A program made the position numbers and the translations under genes. Shown here piece after piece: positions 12,236-22,186 of a stretch of 64,000 nt of DNA; position 1 is the stretch's first letter, and each line of letters begins with the position of its first letter. The stretch is from an uncultured Clostridia bacterium. Lineage in GTDB: Bacteria; Bacillota; Clostridia; TANB77; CAG-508. The stretch lies in the NCBI GenBank assembly GCA_963558395.1, contig CAUWGE010000001.1:69148-133147 (forward strand), given 5' to 3'. The notes under the pieces were generated by a model. It did no database searches. It was not told where the DNA came from and was given only the letters and a program-made list of their open reading frames with translations.

Positions 12236-12264
12236 ATTATACCATAATTTTACAAAGATGTCAA
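12236..12264 (-). promoter_or_regulatory. consensus sigma-A promoter for the orphan ORF
   Basis: Minus strand reads TTGACA (12264-12259), a 17-nt spacer, then TGgTATAAT (-10 hexamer at 12241-12236). Confidence 0.65.
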
Positions 12265-12296
12265 CTCATATTTATTCATTTTTCGGTATTTCTACT

Positions 12297-13145
12297 TTAC
12301 TTATTACTAACACAAAGTTTTTTTATTCCAAATGTTACAAAATATATTATTCCAGAAATGATAACTATCATTGGTCCTGTTGGTATATTTGTATAATAAG
12401 AAATTATTAAACCTGAAAGTCCTGATATTAATGCAAATAAAATTGAAAATGCATGATATGTTCTCATATTTAATGATATATTTCTACTAGAAGCTGCTGG
12501 CAAAATAATTAGTGAATTTATAAGTAATATTCCTACCCATCTAATCGATATCATAACCATTATTGCAATTAATACCGCAAAAAGATTTTCCATTAAATTC
12601 ACATTTATTCCTTTACTTTTTGCAAGAGTAGGGTTCAAACTTACTGCATTTATTTTATTAAATAAGTAATACCAAAATACTCCTGTTAGAACAAATGCGA
12701 TAAATAAATATATTATTTCACCTTCAGTTATACTAAGTATATCTCCTACTAAGTAGCTAGAATATTTATTAAAATTACCACTTTGAGATAATATAGCTAA
12801 TCCTAATGCAATCGCAATTGATGAAAACACACTTATTATTGTGTCTACTCCATATGTAGTTTTATTTTTTATGAAATTAAGTAATAAGGCAAATACTACT
12901 GCAAATAATATCATAGATATATTTATATTTGTCATTCCTAAAATCATTCCTATTGCAATTCCTGTAAGTGCTGAATGACCTAATGCATCTGAAAAAAATG
13001 CCATTTTTTTGTTTACTATCATTGTTCCGATTAATGCAAATATAGGTGATACTAATATTATTGCCAAAAATGCATTTTTCATGAATGTATATTTCATAAA
13101 ATCGAATGGTAAAATTACCTCTAATAAATTATATATTAGTTCCAT
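12297..13145 (-). CDS. metal (Zn/Mn-type) ABC transporter permease
   Basis: 282 aa polytopic protein resembling the ZnuB/TroD family. Last gene of a three-gene ABC operon. Confidence 0.85.
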   Translation of the reverse strand: MELIYNLLEVILPFDFMKYTFMKNAFLAIILVSPIFALIGTMIVNKKMAFFSDALGHSALTGIAIGMILGMTNINISMILFAVVFALLLNFIKNKTTYGVDTIISVFSSIAIALGLAILSQSGNFNKYSSYLVGDILSITEGEIIYLFIAFVLTGVFWYYLFNKINAVSLNPTLAKSKGINVNLMENLFAVLIAIMVMISIRWVGILLINSLIILPAASSRNISLNMRTYHAFSILFALISGLSGLIISYYTNIPTGPMIVIISGIIYFVTFGIKKLCVSNK

Positions 13146-13867
13146 TACATTTCTCCAAATCTTTCTATAAATTCTTTGCTTTTATACACTTCTTCAGCTG
13201 TTCCATTTAAGATAACTTCTTTATCCAGCAGAACAACTCTATCTGCAAATTTTTTTACTAAGTCTAAATCATGTGATACTAAAATTATTGACATATCATA
13301 GTCTTTCTTTAAACTTGTTAATATTTCATAAAATGCTTTTGTACCATTTCTATCTATTCCAGAAACAGGTTCATCTAGTATTAAAAGGTTTGGTACAGGA
13401 GTTGTTGCAATAGCAAGTAAAACCCTTTGAAGCTCTCCACCAGAAAGGTTTCCTACTCTTTTATCTATTAGTTTTTCTGCCCCAAATAATCTAAGGTTCT
13501 CTCTTACCTTTTTATATAATTGTTTGTCTTTAAAAAGCCATACTGGTTTATTTGAAGAATATGAAATAAACATATCATATACTGTTGTTGGCATATCTCG
13601 TTCTATGTTTAGATGCTGGGGAACATATCCTATTTTTATCTTCTTTTTTCTATTTTCTTTCATATCTATGAATTCTATTTTTCCTGTATGTTCCACTTCT
13701 CCTAATATAGATTTTAGAAGAGTAGATTTTCCTGCACCATTTCTTCCTATTACCATCATTAATTCGCCACAATGGATTTCTAGATTAATATTTTTTAGTA
13801 TATCTTCTTTTCCTATTTTTACTGATAAATTATTTATCTTTGTACAATGAAGTCCACAGCTTTCCAT
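13145..13867 (-). CDS. metal ABC transporter ATP-binding protein
   Basis: Walker A GRNGAGKST, signature LSGGELQR and Walker B LLILDEP. Confidence 0.9.
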   Translation of the reverse strand: MESCGLHCTKINNLSVKIGKEDILKNINLEIHCGELMMVIGRNGAGKSTLLKSILGEVEHTGKIEFIDMKENRKKKIKIGYVPQHLNIERDMPTTVYDMFISYSSNKPVWLFKDKQLYKKVRENLRLFGAEKLIDKRVGNLSGGELQRVLLAIATTPVPNLLILDEPVSGIDRNGTKAFYEILTSLKKDYDMSIILVSHDLDLVKKFADRVVLLDKEVILNGTAEEVYKSKEFIERFGEM

Positions 13868-13910
13868 CTCTTTTTCACCAAATATCTAATGCTATTTAGT
13901 TTCTCCTTTC

Positions 13911-14816
13911 CTAAACTTCTTGTTCCTTCATAGTTTCTAATGTTTCTAAATTTTCTTTCATTGCATTTATATATGAGTTTTTGTCATTGTCTCCAGACAT
14001 GCAATCATTTAATCTATAAATTTTTGCATTAGTTTCTCTAGCTAAAGTTTCTGCATTTAGTTTTGAATCATTTTTTCCTATTACTATATATTTTATATTT
14101 TCTTTCTTTATTTTGTCAATTAGTTCTTTCACATTTTCAGCCGATAGTGAAGACTGTTCGTGGTCTGTTTCTATAAGTATTTCATTCATTTCTAGATCTA
14201 AAAATAAATATGAAAATGTTTCGTTTAAGGATATTACTTTTTCGTCTTTTAAGTCTGCTAGTTTATTCTCATACTCTTTTTTTAGTTTTTCTAGTTCACT
14301 TATGTATTTATTTTTATTTTCTTCATATTTTTCTGCATTTTTACTATCTATTTCTATGAGCTTTCCTGCAATAGTTTCTACTTGCAAGATATAATTTTCT
14401 ATACCTGTCCAAAAATGTGCATTTGTATTTTCATTTTCATCTTTTATATAGCTAGTAATTTTTTCTGATGAATTTATTACTTTAATATCTGGATATGAAT
14501 TGATAATCTTTCCAGAAAAATTTTCCATTCCCATTCCATTTTCAATAAAAATATTTGCATCTTCGAATTTTCTTAAGTCTGCAGTAGTTAAAGTGTAATC
14601 ATGTATGCAACCTATATATTTATCTGCCATATTATCTACTTTTACATCTTCTATTCCATCCGTTAAATTCATTGCCATTATGTATATAGGATAAAAAGAT
14701 GTTACTATTTTTATATTACTTGAATCATTTTCTTTTTTATTAATTAAATTTCCTAATATAATTGTAGCTAATACAACAAAGCAAATTACTATTCCTATAA
14801 TAACTTTTTTCTTCAT
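13911..14816 (-). CDS. metal ABC transporter substrate-binding lipoprotein (TroA/ZnuA family)
   Basis: Signal or lipoprotein-like N-terminus and cluster-9 SBP-like sequence. The tracked ORF starts at 14834. The ATG at 14816 follows an AAAGGAGAG RBS. Confidence 0.82.
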   Translation of the reverse strand: MKKKVIIGIVICFVVLATIILGNLINKKENDSSNIKIVTSFYPIYIMAMNLTDGIEDVKVDNMADKYIGCIHDYTLTTADLRKFEDANIFIENGMGMENFSGKIINSYPDIKVINSSEKITSYIKDENENTNAHFWTGIENYILQVETIAGKLIEIDSKNAEKYEENKNKYISELEKLKKEYENKLADLKDEKVISLNETFSYLFLDLEMNEILIETDHEQSSLSAENVKELIDKIKKENIKYIVIGKNDSKLNAETLARETNAKIYRLNDCMSGDNDKNSYINAMKENLETLETMKEQEV

Positions 14817-14853
14817 TTCTCTCTCCTTTAGCATTTAAGGATTTATTATTTAA

Positions 14854-14882
14854 AAAGACCGCTACTTTTTTGTGCGGTCTTT
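14854..14882 (-). terminator. intrinsic terminator after rpsR
   Basis: Stem aaagaccgc / gcggtcttt with a U-run on the minus strand. Lies between the rpsR stop and the ABC operon start. Confidence 0.7.
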
Positions 14883-14910
14883 CTTTATGCATTATTATTT
14901 AATTTTAAAA

Positions 14911-15195
14911 TTAGTCTTGGCTATATGGTAACATTGCAATATGTCTACATCTATTTACAACTGTTGTTATATCTCTTTGATGTTTTGCACATGCACCTGT
15001 TGTTCTTCTTGGAAGAATCTTTCCTCTTTCATTGACAAATTTCTTTAATTGTTCTGGATTTTTGTAATCTAGAACTAAGTTTTTGTCACTGCAAAGTGGA
15101 CAAGCTTTTTTTCTAATTTTTCTTACTTTAAAATCATCATCGTAATCTTTATTAAGATTTCTTCTATTTTTATTATTCTTCTTATCTGCCATCAT
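14911..15195 (-). CDS. rpsR: 30S ribosomal protein S18
   Basis: The conserved core is KILPRRTTG...CAKHQR. rpsF-ssb-rpsR synteny. Has a basic N-terminal extension. Confidence 0.95.
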   Translation of the reverse strand: MMADKKNNKNRRNLNKDYDDDFKVRKIRKKACPLCSDKNLVLDYKNPEQLKKFVNERGKILPRRTTGACAKHQRDITTVVNRCRHIAMLPYSQD

Positions 15196-15212
15196 TATTC
15201 CCCCCTTCTTAA

Positions 15213-15653
15213 TTAAAATGGTAAATCGTCTCCTGAAGATACTTCAAAGTCTGATGCAGCACCTGCCATTTGTCCATCTCCTCCAAATGCACCGTCAAAA
15301 CCGTCGCCCATTTGACCACTTGAGCTACCATCTCTTTTACTATCTGCAAAATATGTTTCTTCTGCAACAACTTCTGTTATGTATCTCTTTTGACCTTGTT
15401 GGTCTTCCCAAGTTCTAGTTTGTATTCTTCCTATAATACCAACTTGTTGACCTTTTTTAAAATATTTACTACAAAACTCGCCAGTTTTTCCCCAAGCTAC
15501 AATATTTATAAAATCTGCAGTTTGAGTATCTCCCTCTCTAGTGAATCTTCTATTAACAGCTAATGAAAATGTAGCTACTAATGTATTACTAGTTTGTGTG
15601 TACCTTACTTCTGGGTCTCTTGTTAATCTACCCATTAAAATTACTTTGTTCAT
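15213..15653 (-). CDS. ssb: single-stranded DNA-binding protein
   Basis: OB-fold N-terminus ([15 protein letters not shown]), Gly-rich linker and an acidic C-terminal tip DDLPF. Confidence 0.96.
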   Translation of the reverse strand: MNKVILMGRLTRDPEVRYTQTSNTLVATFSLAVNRRFTREGDTQTADFINIVAWGKTGEFCSKYFKKGQQVGIIGRIQTRTWEDQQGQKRYITEVVAEETYFADSKRDGSSSGQMGDGFDGAFGGDGQMAGAASDFEVSSGDDLPF

Positions 15654-15687
15654 AATTTACCTCAACTTTCAGCCCCACTAAATAGGA

Positions 15688-15972
15688 TTATTCCTCTACT
15701 TTTATTACTATAAATTTTATAACTTCGTCTGTTATTCTGTAATTTCTTTCTAATTCTGCGATTAGTTCTGGTTCTGCTTCAAAGTAAATAACTGCATAGA
15801 TACCTTCTCTGTTTTTCTTTACTTCATATGCTAGTTTCTTTTTACCTAAAGTATCTACTTTTTCAACTTTACCACTTTTATTAATCAACTCTGAGAATTT
15901 ATCTGTAAGACTTTTTACTTTTTCTTCATCAGCAGTTGGATTAATAATGATAACACTTTCGTATTTGTTCAT
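15688..15972 (-). CDS. rpsF: 30S ribosomal protein S6
   Basis: The MNKYESVIIINP start at 15972 is preceded by a GGAGGTG RBS. The tracked ORF start at 16041 is an upstream in-frame extension. Confidence 0.93.
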   Translation of the reverse strand: MNKYESVIIINPTADEEKVKSLTDKFSELINKSGKVEKVDTLGKKKLAYEVKKNREGIYAVIYFEAEPELIAELERNYRITDEVIKFIVIKVEE

Positions 15973-16120
15973 TATTTTCACCTCCTTATGGGTTTCTAGC
16001 CTATTTTTATAATAAGCAAGGATATTTGCTCTGATAAGCATTATTTATTTTACCATATTTTTTTAGCAAATGCAATACTTTTTTAAATCTTTCACCATCG
16101 GGCTTAATTTAAAAAAATTT

Positions 16121-16160
16121 TAAAGCTAAATTCCAGAAAGTAGCCTGAAATTTAGCTTTA
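16121..16160 (-). terminator. intrinsic terminator after rpoD
   Basis: 12-bp stem taaagctaaatt / aatttagcttta followed by a U7 run on the minus strand. Confidence 0.7.
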
Positions 16161-16164
16161 GTTT

Positions 16165-17370
16165 TTACATATATTCTTTTAATTTTTTACTTCTACTAGG
16201 ATGTCTTAATTTTCTAAGCGCCTTTGCTTCTATTTGTCTAATTCTCTCTCTTGTAACTTTAAATTCTTTTCCTACTTCTTCAAGTGTTCTTGCCTTTCCG
16301 TCATCTAGTCCAAATCTTAGTCTAAGTACTTTTGCTTCTCTTGGGGTTAATGTTGACATTACTTCATCTAACTGTTCTCTTAGCATTGTATATGATGCAG
16401 ATTCTTGTGGCGATGGAGAATCGTCATCTTGTATAAAATCACCTAAATGGCTATCGTCTTCTTCTCCAATTGGTGTTTCTAATGATACTGGGTCTTGTGC
16501 AATTTTTTGTATTTCAAGTACTTTTTCTACTGATACTTCCATTTCTTTTGCAATTTCTTCTGGAGAAGGCTCTCTTCCATTTTGTTGCAATAAATGTCTA
16601 GATGTTCTTATTAATTTATTTATTGTTTCTACCATATGAACTGGTATTCTTATAGTTCTTGCTTGGTCTGCAATTGCTCTTGTTATTGCTTGTCTTATCC
16701 ACCATGTAGCATAAGTACTAAATTTGTATCCCTTTGTATAATCAAATTTTTCTACTGCCTTTATTAGTCCCATATTTCCTTCTTGTATTAAATCTAAAAA
16801 TTGCATTCCTCTTCCTACATATTTTTTAGCTATACTTACAACTAATCTTAGGTTTGACTCAGCAAGCTTTTGTTTAGCAGCTTCATTTCCATCTAAAATC
16901 TTTTTAGCTAAATCTAACTCTTGTTCATATGTTAAAAGTGGGATTTTTCCGATTTCTCTTAAATACATTCTAACAGGATCATCAATGCTAACACCTTCTA
17001 GAGTATCTACATTTATGTCTTCTATTGAAATATCTTCTACTTCTTCTAAGTCTTCTGCATCTGGTTCTACGTCTTCCATATCGTCTTTTAAAACATCTAC
17101 CCCAATATTTTCAAATGCATTAAAAACTTCATCAATTTGTTCTGAACTAGCATTCCCTAATTTACTAGCAAGTTCTCCATAAGTAATTTTACCTTTTCTT
17201 TTTGCATCGCTTATTATCTTTTCAATTCCAATGTTTTCTTCATTATTTACTCTTACACGTGGCTTTGATGGTTTCTTTTTTTGTTGCATTTCATTTTTAT
17301 GAGCCATTCTAGCACTATCTATTAGATTTATTGCTATTTTTACATCTTTCTTATCATTTTTCTTTCCCAT
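16165..17370 (-). CDS. rpoD: RNA polymerase primary sigma factor
   Basis: 401 aa with region 2 motif [12 protein letters not shown] and a region 4 HTH. dnaG-rpoD synteny. Confidence 0.96.
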   Translation of the reverse strand: MGKKNDKKDVKIAINLIDSARMAHKNEMQQKKKPSKPRVRVNNEENIGIEKIISDAKRKGKITYGELASKLGNASSEQIDEVFNAFENIGVDVLKDDMEDVEPDAEDLEEVEDISIEDINVDTLEGVSIDDPVRMYLREIGKIPLLTYEQELDLAKKILDGNEAAKQKLAESNLRLVVSIAKKYVGRGMQFLDLIQEGNMGLIKAVEKFDYTKGYKFSTYATWWIRQAITRAIADQARTIRIPVHMVETINKLIRTSRHLLQQNGREPSPEEIAKEMEVSVEKVLEIQKIAQDPVSLETPIGEEDDSHLGDFIQDDDSPSPQESASYTMLREQLDEVMSTLTPREAKVLRLRFGLDDGKARTLEEVGKEFKVTRERIRQIEAKALRKLRHPSRSKKLKEYM

Positions 17371-17421
17371 TTTTTTATTTCCTTTCTAACGGTACTTATA
17401 CTTTTAGAAATATCAAATATT

Positions 17422-19209
17422 TTATTTTATTTTTGAAAGCTCTACAATAATATCATTTAGTTTTTTTCCTACTTCTAATGCTTCATCTCTTGATAAACTA
17501 GTATCATTTAATTTAAGAGTTAATTCATCTCTCTTTTTTATCAAGCTTTCTCTTTTATAATTTTTTTCTATATCTTCAATTCCCTTTTCTATATCAGTTA
17601 TTTCAAAGTCATATGCAAGTATACCACTAATGTAGTTAATTTGCTCTTCACTTTCAAATAAGTTTAATATCTGTTCTATATTTTCATCTTCTGTGCATTT
17701 ATCATAGATAATTTTTACTATTTCTCTATTTTTTTCTGATTTTATACAATTTAGTTCTACATTTTCTTTAAGCCTATTTAAAGCTTGTTTTGTATGATTT
17801 ATCAAGATATAAATTAGCATTTGTTCTCTTCTTGATACTGACTCATCCGTTTTTTCTTCTTGTTTTGGCCTTATAATATTGGGTTTTGCTTCTAAAATCT
17901 TTGAACTTGCATTTGATGCCGAATACATTCTTTTATTAATTTCAGCATAAATTGCTTCTTTAGAAATTTTATATGTTTCTGAAATTTTATCTATGTAAAT
18001 TTCTCTTTCAATGTTGTTCTTTTCTTCTGAAAGCATTTTTGCTATTGCATTTAAAAATTTTATTTTATCACTTACATTTTCTAGATTTAAGTCTTTTTTT
18101 AGAATCTTTACTTTATATTCTAAACTTGAAATTGCATTATCCATACATTTTTTTAGCTTCTCTGGTCCATATTTTACAATAAATTCGTCTGGGTCTTTAG
18201 CACCACTAATTTGCAATATTCTAATATCGCATCCCATACTTTGAAGTATGTCCATTCCTCTTACGATTGCTGTTTGACCTGCACCATCTGCATCATAACC
18301 CAAAATTATTTGCTCGGCAGATTTTCTAAGAAGTCTTCCTTGCGCATCTGTAAGTGCTGTTCCTAATGATGCTACTACATTTGTAATTCCCCTTTGAAAT
18401 AGCGAAATTGCATCCATATAACCTTCTACAATTAAAATTTGCTTCATAACTCCGGAATTATATTTTTTGGCTACATTTAGTCCAAATAAATTTCTTCCTT
18501 TACTATAAACTACATTTTCTGGCGAATTTATATACTTTGGTTTGCTGTCATCTAAAACTCTTCCACCAAAAGCAATTACTCTGTTTCTTACATCTTGAAT
18601 AGGGAACATTACTCTCCCTCTGTATCTATCAATGTACATTCCTTTAGAGTTTTTATTAACTAGTCCTGATGCTAATATTTCCTCTTCTCCAAAGCCTTCC
18701 TTCTTTAATGCTCTATATAACTCGTCAAATTCACCTGAAAATCCTATTTTAAATGCTTTTAATGTATTATTGTCTAGTTTTCTTTTTTTTATGTATTCTT
18801 GTCCAGTTTTTGCAGTTGGCTTATATAAATTTTTATGGTAAAATTCTGCTGCAAATTCATTTACATCATAAACTTTTGCTTTTAATTTTGCTACTTTTTC
18901 ATCTTCAAAATTATTTACTGATGGTAAATTCACATTTGCTCTTTCTGCTAATATCTGAACGCTTTCTACAAAACTCACATTTTCAACTTTTGTTATAAAA
19001 TGAAATACATTTCCTCCTACACCACATCCAAAACAATGAAAAATCTGTTTATCTGGCGAAACTGAAAAAGATGGCGATTTTTCATTATGAAATGGGCAAA
19101 GTCCGAAATAGTTTCTACCACTTCTTTTTAAAGTAACATATTGTGATATAACATCAACTATATCATTTCTGCTTCTAACTTCCTCTAATATTTCATCACT
19201 ATATCTCAC
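17422..19209 (-). CDS. dnaG: DNA primase
   Basis: Zinc finger CPFHNEKSPSF...CFGCGVGG and a TOPRIM region (EGYMD, DADGAG). GTG start. Confidence 0.95.
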   Translation of the reverse strand: MRYSDEILEEVRSRNDIVDVISQYVTLKRSGRNYFGLCPFHNEKSPSFSVSPDKQIFHCFGCGVGGNVFHFITKVENVSFVESVQILAERANVNLPSVNNFEDEKVAKLKAKVYDVNEFAAEFYHKNLYKPTAKTGQEYIKKRKLDNNTLKAFKIGFSGEFDELYRALKKEGFGEEEILASGLVNKNSKGMYIDRYRGRVMFPIQDVRNRVIAFGGRVLDDSKPKYINSPENVVYSKGRNLFGLNVAKKYNSGVMKQILIVEGYMDAISLFQRGITNVVASLGTALTDAQGRLLRKSAEQIILGYDADGAGQTAIVRGMDILQSMGCDIRILQISGAKDPDEFIVKYGPEKLKKCMDNAISSLEYKVKILKKDLNLENVSDKIKFLNAIAKMLSEEKNNIEREIYIDKISETYKISKEAIYAEINKRMYSASNASSKILEAKPNIIRPKQEEKTDESVSRREQMLIYILINHTKQALNRLKENVELNCIKSEKNREIVKIIYDKCTEDENIEQILNLFESEEQINYISGILAYDFEITDIEKGIEDIEKNYKRESLIKKRDELTLKLNDTSLSRDEALEVGKKLNDIIVELSKIK

Positions 19210-19373
19210 GCTAAAACATTCCTTCTTTTTCTCATATTTATATTATTCGACATATGTAAACTAAATCCTTCCTAATATGTCGAAAAGGAATATGTTATGT
19301 AACTTTATGTTTATTTACATAACATATTCTCCTTTGCAAAAATTAAAGTGAACATAGTTCACTTTAATTTTAA

Positions 19374-19949
19374 TTATGCATTTGCTGCCCCATCATAAGG
19401 GATAAATTTATTTACTGCACTTTGTTGTAAATTAATTTTTGCTTCAGTTGGAACTCTATATTCTTTGTATGACATATCTATTTTATTATCTACAAGTTGT
19501 TCAACTTCTTCTTTTGAAGAATGCTCTGCTAAGACTAATTCACTAACTAAAATTTGTTTTGCATTTGTAAGCATTTTCTTTTCTCCAGTTGACAAAGCTC
19601 CTTTTTCTTTTTGTTTAAAACTTAAATTTCTAACTACATCTGCAACTTGATATATATCTCCTGTTTTCATCTTTTCCAAATTATCTCTATATCTCTTATT
19701 CCAGTTATTAGACATTTCTGTTTCATCTTTTTCTAATATTTCTAGAACATATGTTGCCATATTCTTATCTATTATGTTTCTTACTCCCATAGTTTCAGCT
19801 TTTGCAGTTGGAACCATTACCTTTACTTCTCCAGGCATTCTGATTACATAGTATTTTTGCTTTTCTCCTAATATTTCCTTTTCTTCTATTGAATCAATTG
19901 TTCCCGCTCCGTGCATTGGATATACTATATGGTCTCCTATATTAAACAA
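19374..19949 (-). CDS. CarD/CdnL-family transcriptional regulator
   Basis: The N-terminus MFNIGDHIVYPMHGAGTI...YYVI is typical of the CarD_CdnL_TRCF domain. TTG start. Confidence 0.85.
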   Translation of the reverse strand: MFNIGDHIVYPMHGAGTIDSIEEKEILGEKQKYYVIRMPGEVKVMVPTAKAETMGVRNIIDKNMATYVLEILEKDETEMSNNWNKRYRDNLEKMKTGDIYQVADVVRNLSFKQKEKGALSTGEKKMLTNAKQILVSELVLAEHSSKEEVEQLVDNKIDMSYKEYRVPTEAKINLQQSAVNKFIPYDGAANA

Positions 19950-20105
19950 TTAAACTCAACTCCTTTCCAACTTCTTGTAGTTTAGAGTAGTTCTCTTTTA
20001 ACCACAAATTAATTATATCACATTTTTAAAGTTAAGTAAAGGAATTTTTCAAAAACTTTTATTTACATTTTTTATAATATACTTCATTCTTTTATTAGCA
20101 TATAT

Positions 20106-20771
20106 CTATTTTTTATTTACGATCTCATTTTTATTTTTATAAATACTGTTTTTAGGAATTACACCTCTTACTGATGATAGTGGATAAATATTTGTGTTTT
20201 TACCAATTATAGTTCCTGGGTTAAGTACACTTCCACACCCTACTTCTACATTATCACCAAGCATTGCTCCTATTTTTCTTATGCCTGTTTCTATTTTTTC
20301 TTTTCCATTTTTTATTGTGATAAGCGTTTTATCTGATTTTAGGTTTGATATTATAGAACCAGCTCCCATATGTGCCTTATATCCTAATATTGAGTCTCCT
20401 ATATAGTTATAATGTGGCACTTGTGAATTATTAAATAAAATTGTATTTTTTAATTCGGTTGAGTTTCCTACCACTGCATTTTTCCCTATTATTGCATTTT
20501 TTCTAATAAAACTGCAATGCCTAATTTCTGCTCCTTCACCTATAATACAGTTTTCCCCAATATATGCAGAATTATACACTTTTGCGCTCTTATGTATCCA
20601 CACATTTTCCCCAATTTGATTATATTCTTCTTTAGGTAAACTTTTCCCTAATTCTGCAATGTACGCTCCAATACCTTCTAAAGCTTCCCATGGATATGTG
20701 TATTTTTCTAAAAATTCTTTTGCAATTGTTTCTTCTAAATTATATAAATTTATAATTTTGCACTCCTCCAT
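20106..20771 (-). CDS. left-handed beta-helix (hexapeptide repeat) transferase-like protein
   Basis: Repeated [LIV]G-x4 hexapeptide pattern through the C-terminal two thirds. Lies downstream of the UDP-sugar pyrophosphorylase gene. Confidence 0.7.
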   Translation of the reverse strand: MEECKIINLYNLEETIAKEFLEKYTYPWEALEGIGAYIAELGKSLPKEEYNQIGENVWIHKSAKVYNSAYIGENCIIGEGAEIRHCSFIRKNAIIGKNAVVGNSTELKNTILFNNSQVPHYNYIGDSILGYKAHMGAGSIISNLKSDKTLITIKNGKEKIETGIRKIGAMLGDNVEVGCGSVLNPGTIIGKNTNIYPLSSVRGVIPKNSIYKNKNEIVNKK

Positions 20772-20786
20772 AAAATCTTCCTTCCC

Positions 20787-22038
20787 CTATTTTTTATTTT
20801 TCTTTTCTAAATTAGCATTATATAAAGCAATTGCTGTTTCTGGACTATCTTCTCCCTCTTTATTTTTTACTGGTGCGAAGTCTTCATCCCTTCTTCCTCT
20901 CAAGATTGATATATCATCAAAAAATGCGAATCCATCAAATATAAATGCTTCATATTTATATGCATTAGGCTCTGTGGCTTTTATGAAATTACCATTTTCA
21001 TCAATATATGATGCTTTTTTATGTGCACTATGATATGGTAAGTTTTTATTGCTAATTAGCTCCAATGCTTCTAATGTATATAAATTACACATTATATGTG
21101 ATTCTCCAAAAAGAAGTTCTCCATCTTCGTCAGTCTCTGTTGCCATTTCTTTAGGAAGTTCTGTATATTCAATAACTGCCGGCTTATTATTTTTTTTGCA
21201 AAATACTCCTACTGGTTCATCTGGGCTTCTTTTTACTACTGATTTAGAACCGAATTTGATTTCCTTGTTCACTGGTTAAACCTACGAGCATTGGATCTAC
21301 CATATTAAGTAAAACATTGTCAACTGAACCTATAAATATCCACTTAATACCTTTTTTTCTCATATCTTCTAAAATTCCTGTATTTTTCATAGCTCTATAA
21401 ATAGAACCATTTCCATTTGCAGCATATTTTATTTTCATATTTTCGTCAACCATAAGCTTGCCATTTTCTCTAACTAATGGCAAGTTTTCTTGTTTAAAAA
21501 ATTTTATATTCTCTTTTGGATATTCAAAATAATTATGTTCTTCAAAAAATTGAGCTGTTTTTTCATTATTTTCAGTACTTGTCATTATGTACCAATTAAG
21601 AGTTATTCCATATTTTTCATTTGCTTCTTTTAGTCCATCTACAATAATTTCAAATAAATATTTTGGCTTTGGCTTTACATTTAGCTTGAAAGTTCCTTTT
21701 GGTCCATCATGTCCAAGTCTTGTTCCTTGTCCTCCCGCCATAGTTACAACTGCATATTCTCCACTTTTTATTATTCTATTACCTGCATTAATGTATCTTT
21801 TTTGTTCTTCCTCATCCATTTTGTATTTATCTAAAAATTTTGTATGTTCAATAATTATACTTTCTATTGCTTTTTCGTTATCCCTACTGCTAATATTATA
21901 CAATGCATTTAATTGCTCAAAATCTATTTTTCCAATTTCTTCAATAAGATTTTTTCGTTGTTCTTCATTTACCATATCTATATATTTTAATAAATGTTCT
22001 TGATTATTTTCTTTTAATATTTTTTTATAATCTTTCAT
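20787..22038 (-). pseudogene. UDPGP-family UDP-sugar / UDP-N-acetylhexosamine pyrophosphorylase; frame broken at CGG 21250-21252
   Basis: ORF 21244..22038 carries MAGGQGTRLG and ends ...GNQIRF*. The +1 frame from GGT continues GSKSVVKRSPDEPVGVF..., in frame with ORF 20787..21272. The joined block DPMLVGLTSEQGNQIGSKSVVKRSPDEPVGV aligns without gaps to the UAP1-type block as recalled from memory. Confidence 0.8.
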
Positions 22039-22186
22039 TTTGCGCCTCCTATTTTTAGCATTACAGCTATTCTAGCACATTTGTATATATTATGCAATAT
22101 AATTTTTTCTGTACTATATTTATCCTTTAGTCATAAGTTAAAAAAACTTTAATATACTTTATTAAAACTTAGGAGGTAAATAATAC

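Noticed and set aside
22100-22186. Sigma-E type promoter upstream of spoIVA
   Set aside because: ATATT and CATAAGT-like elements are present, but by my count the spacing is shorter than the consensus. This is not enough to support a call.
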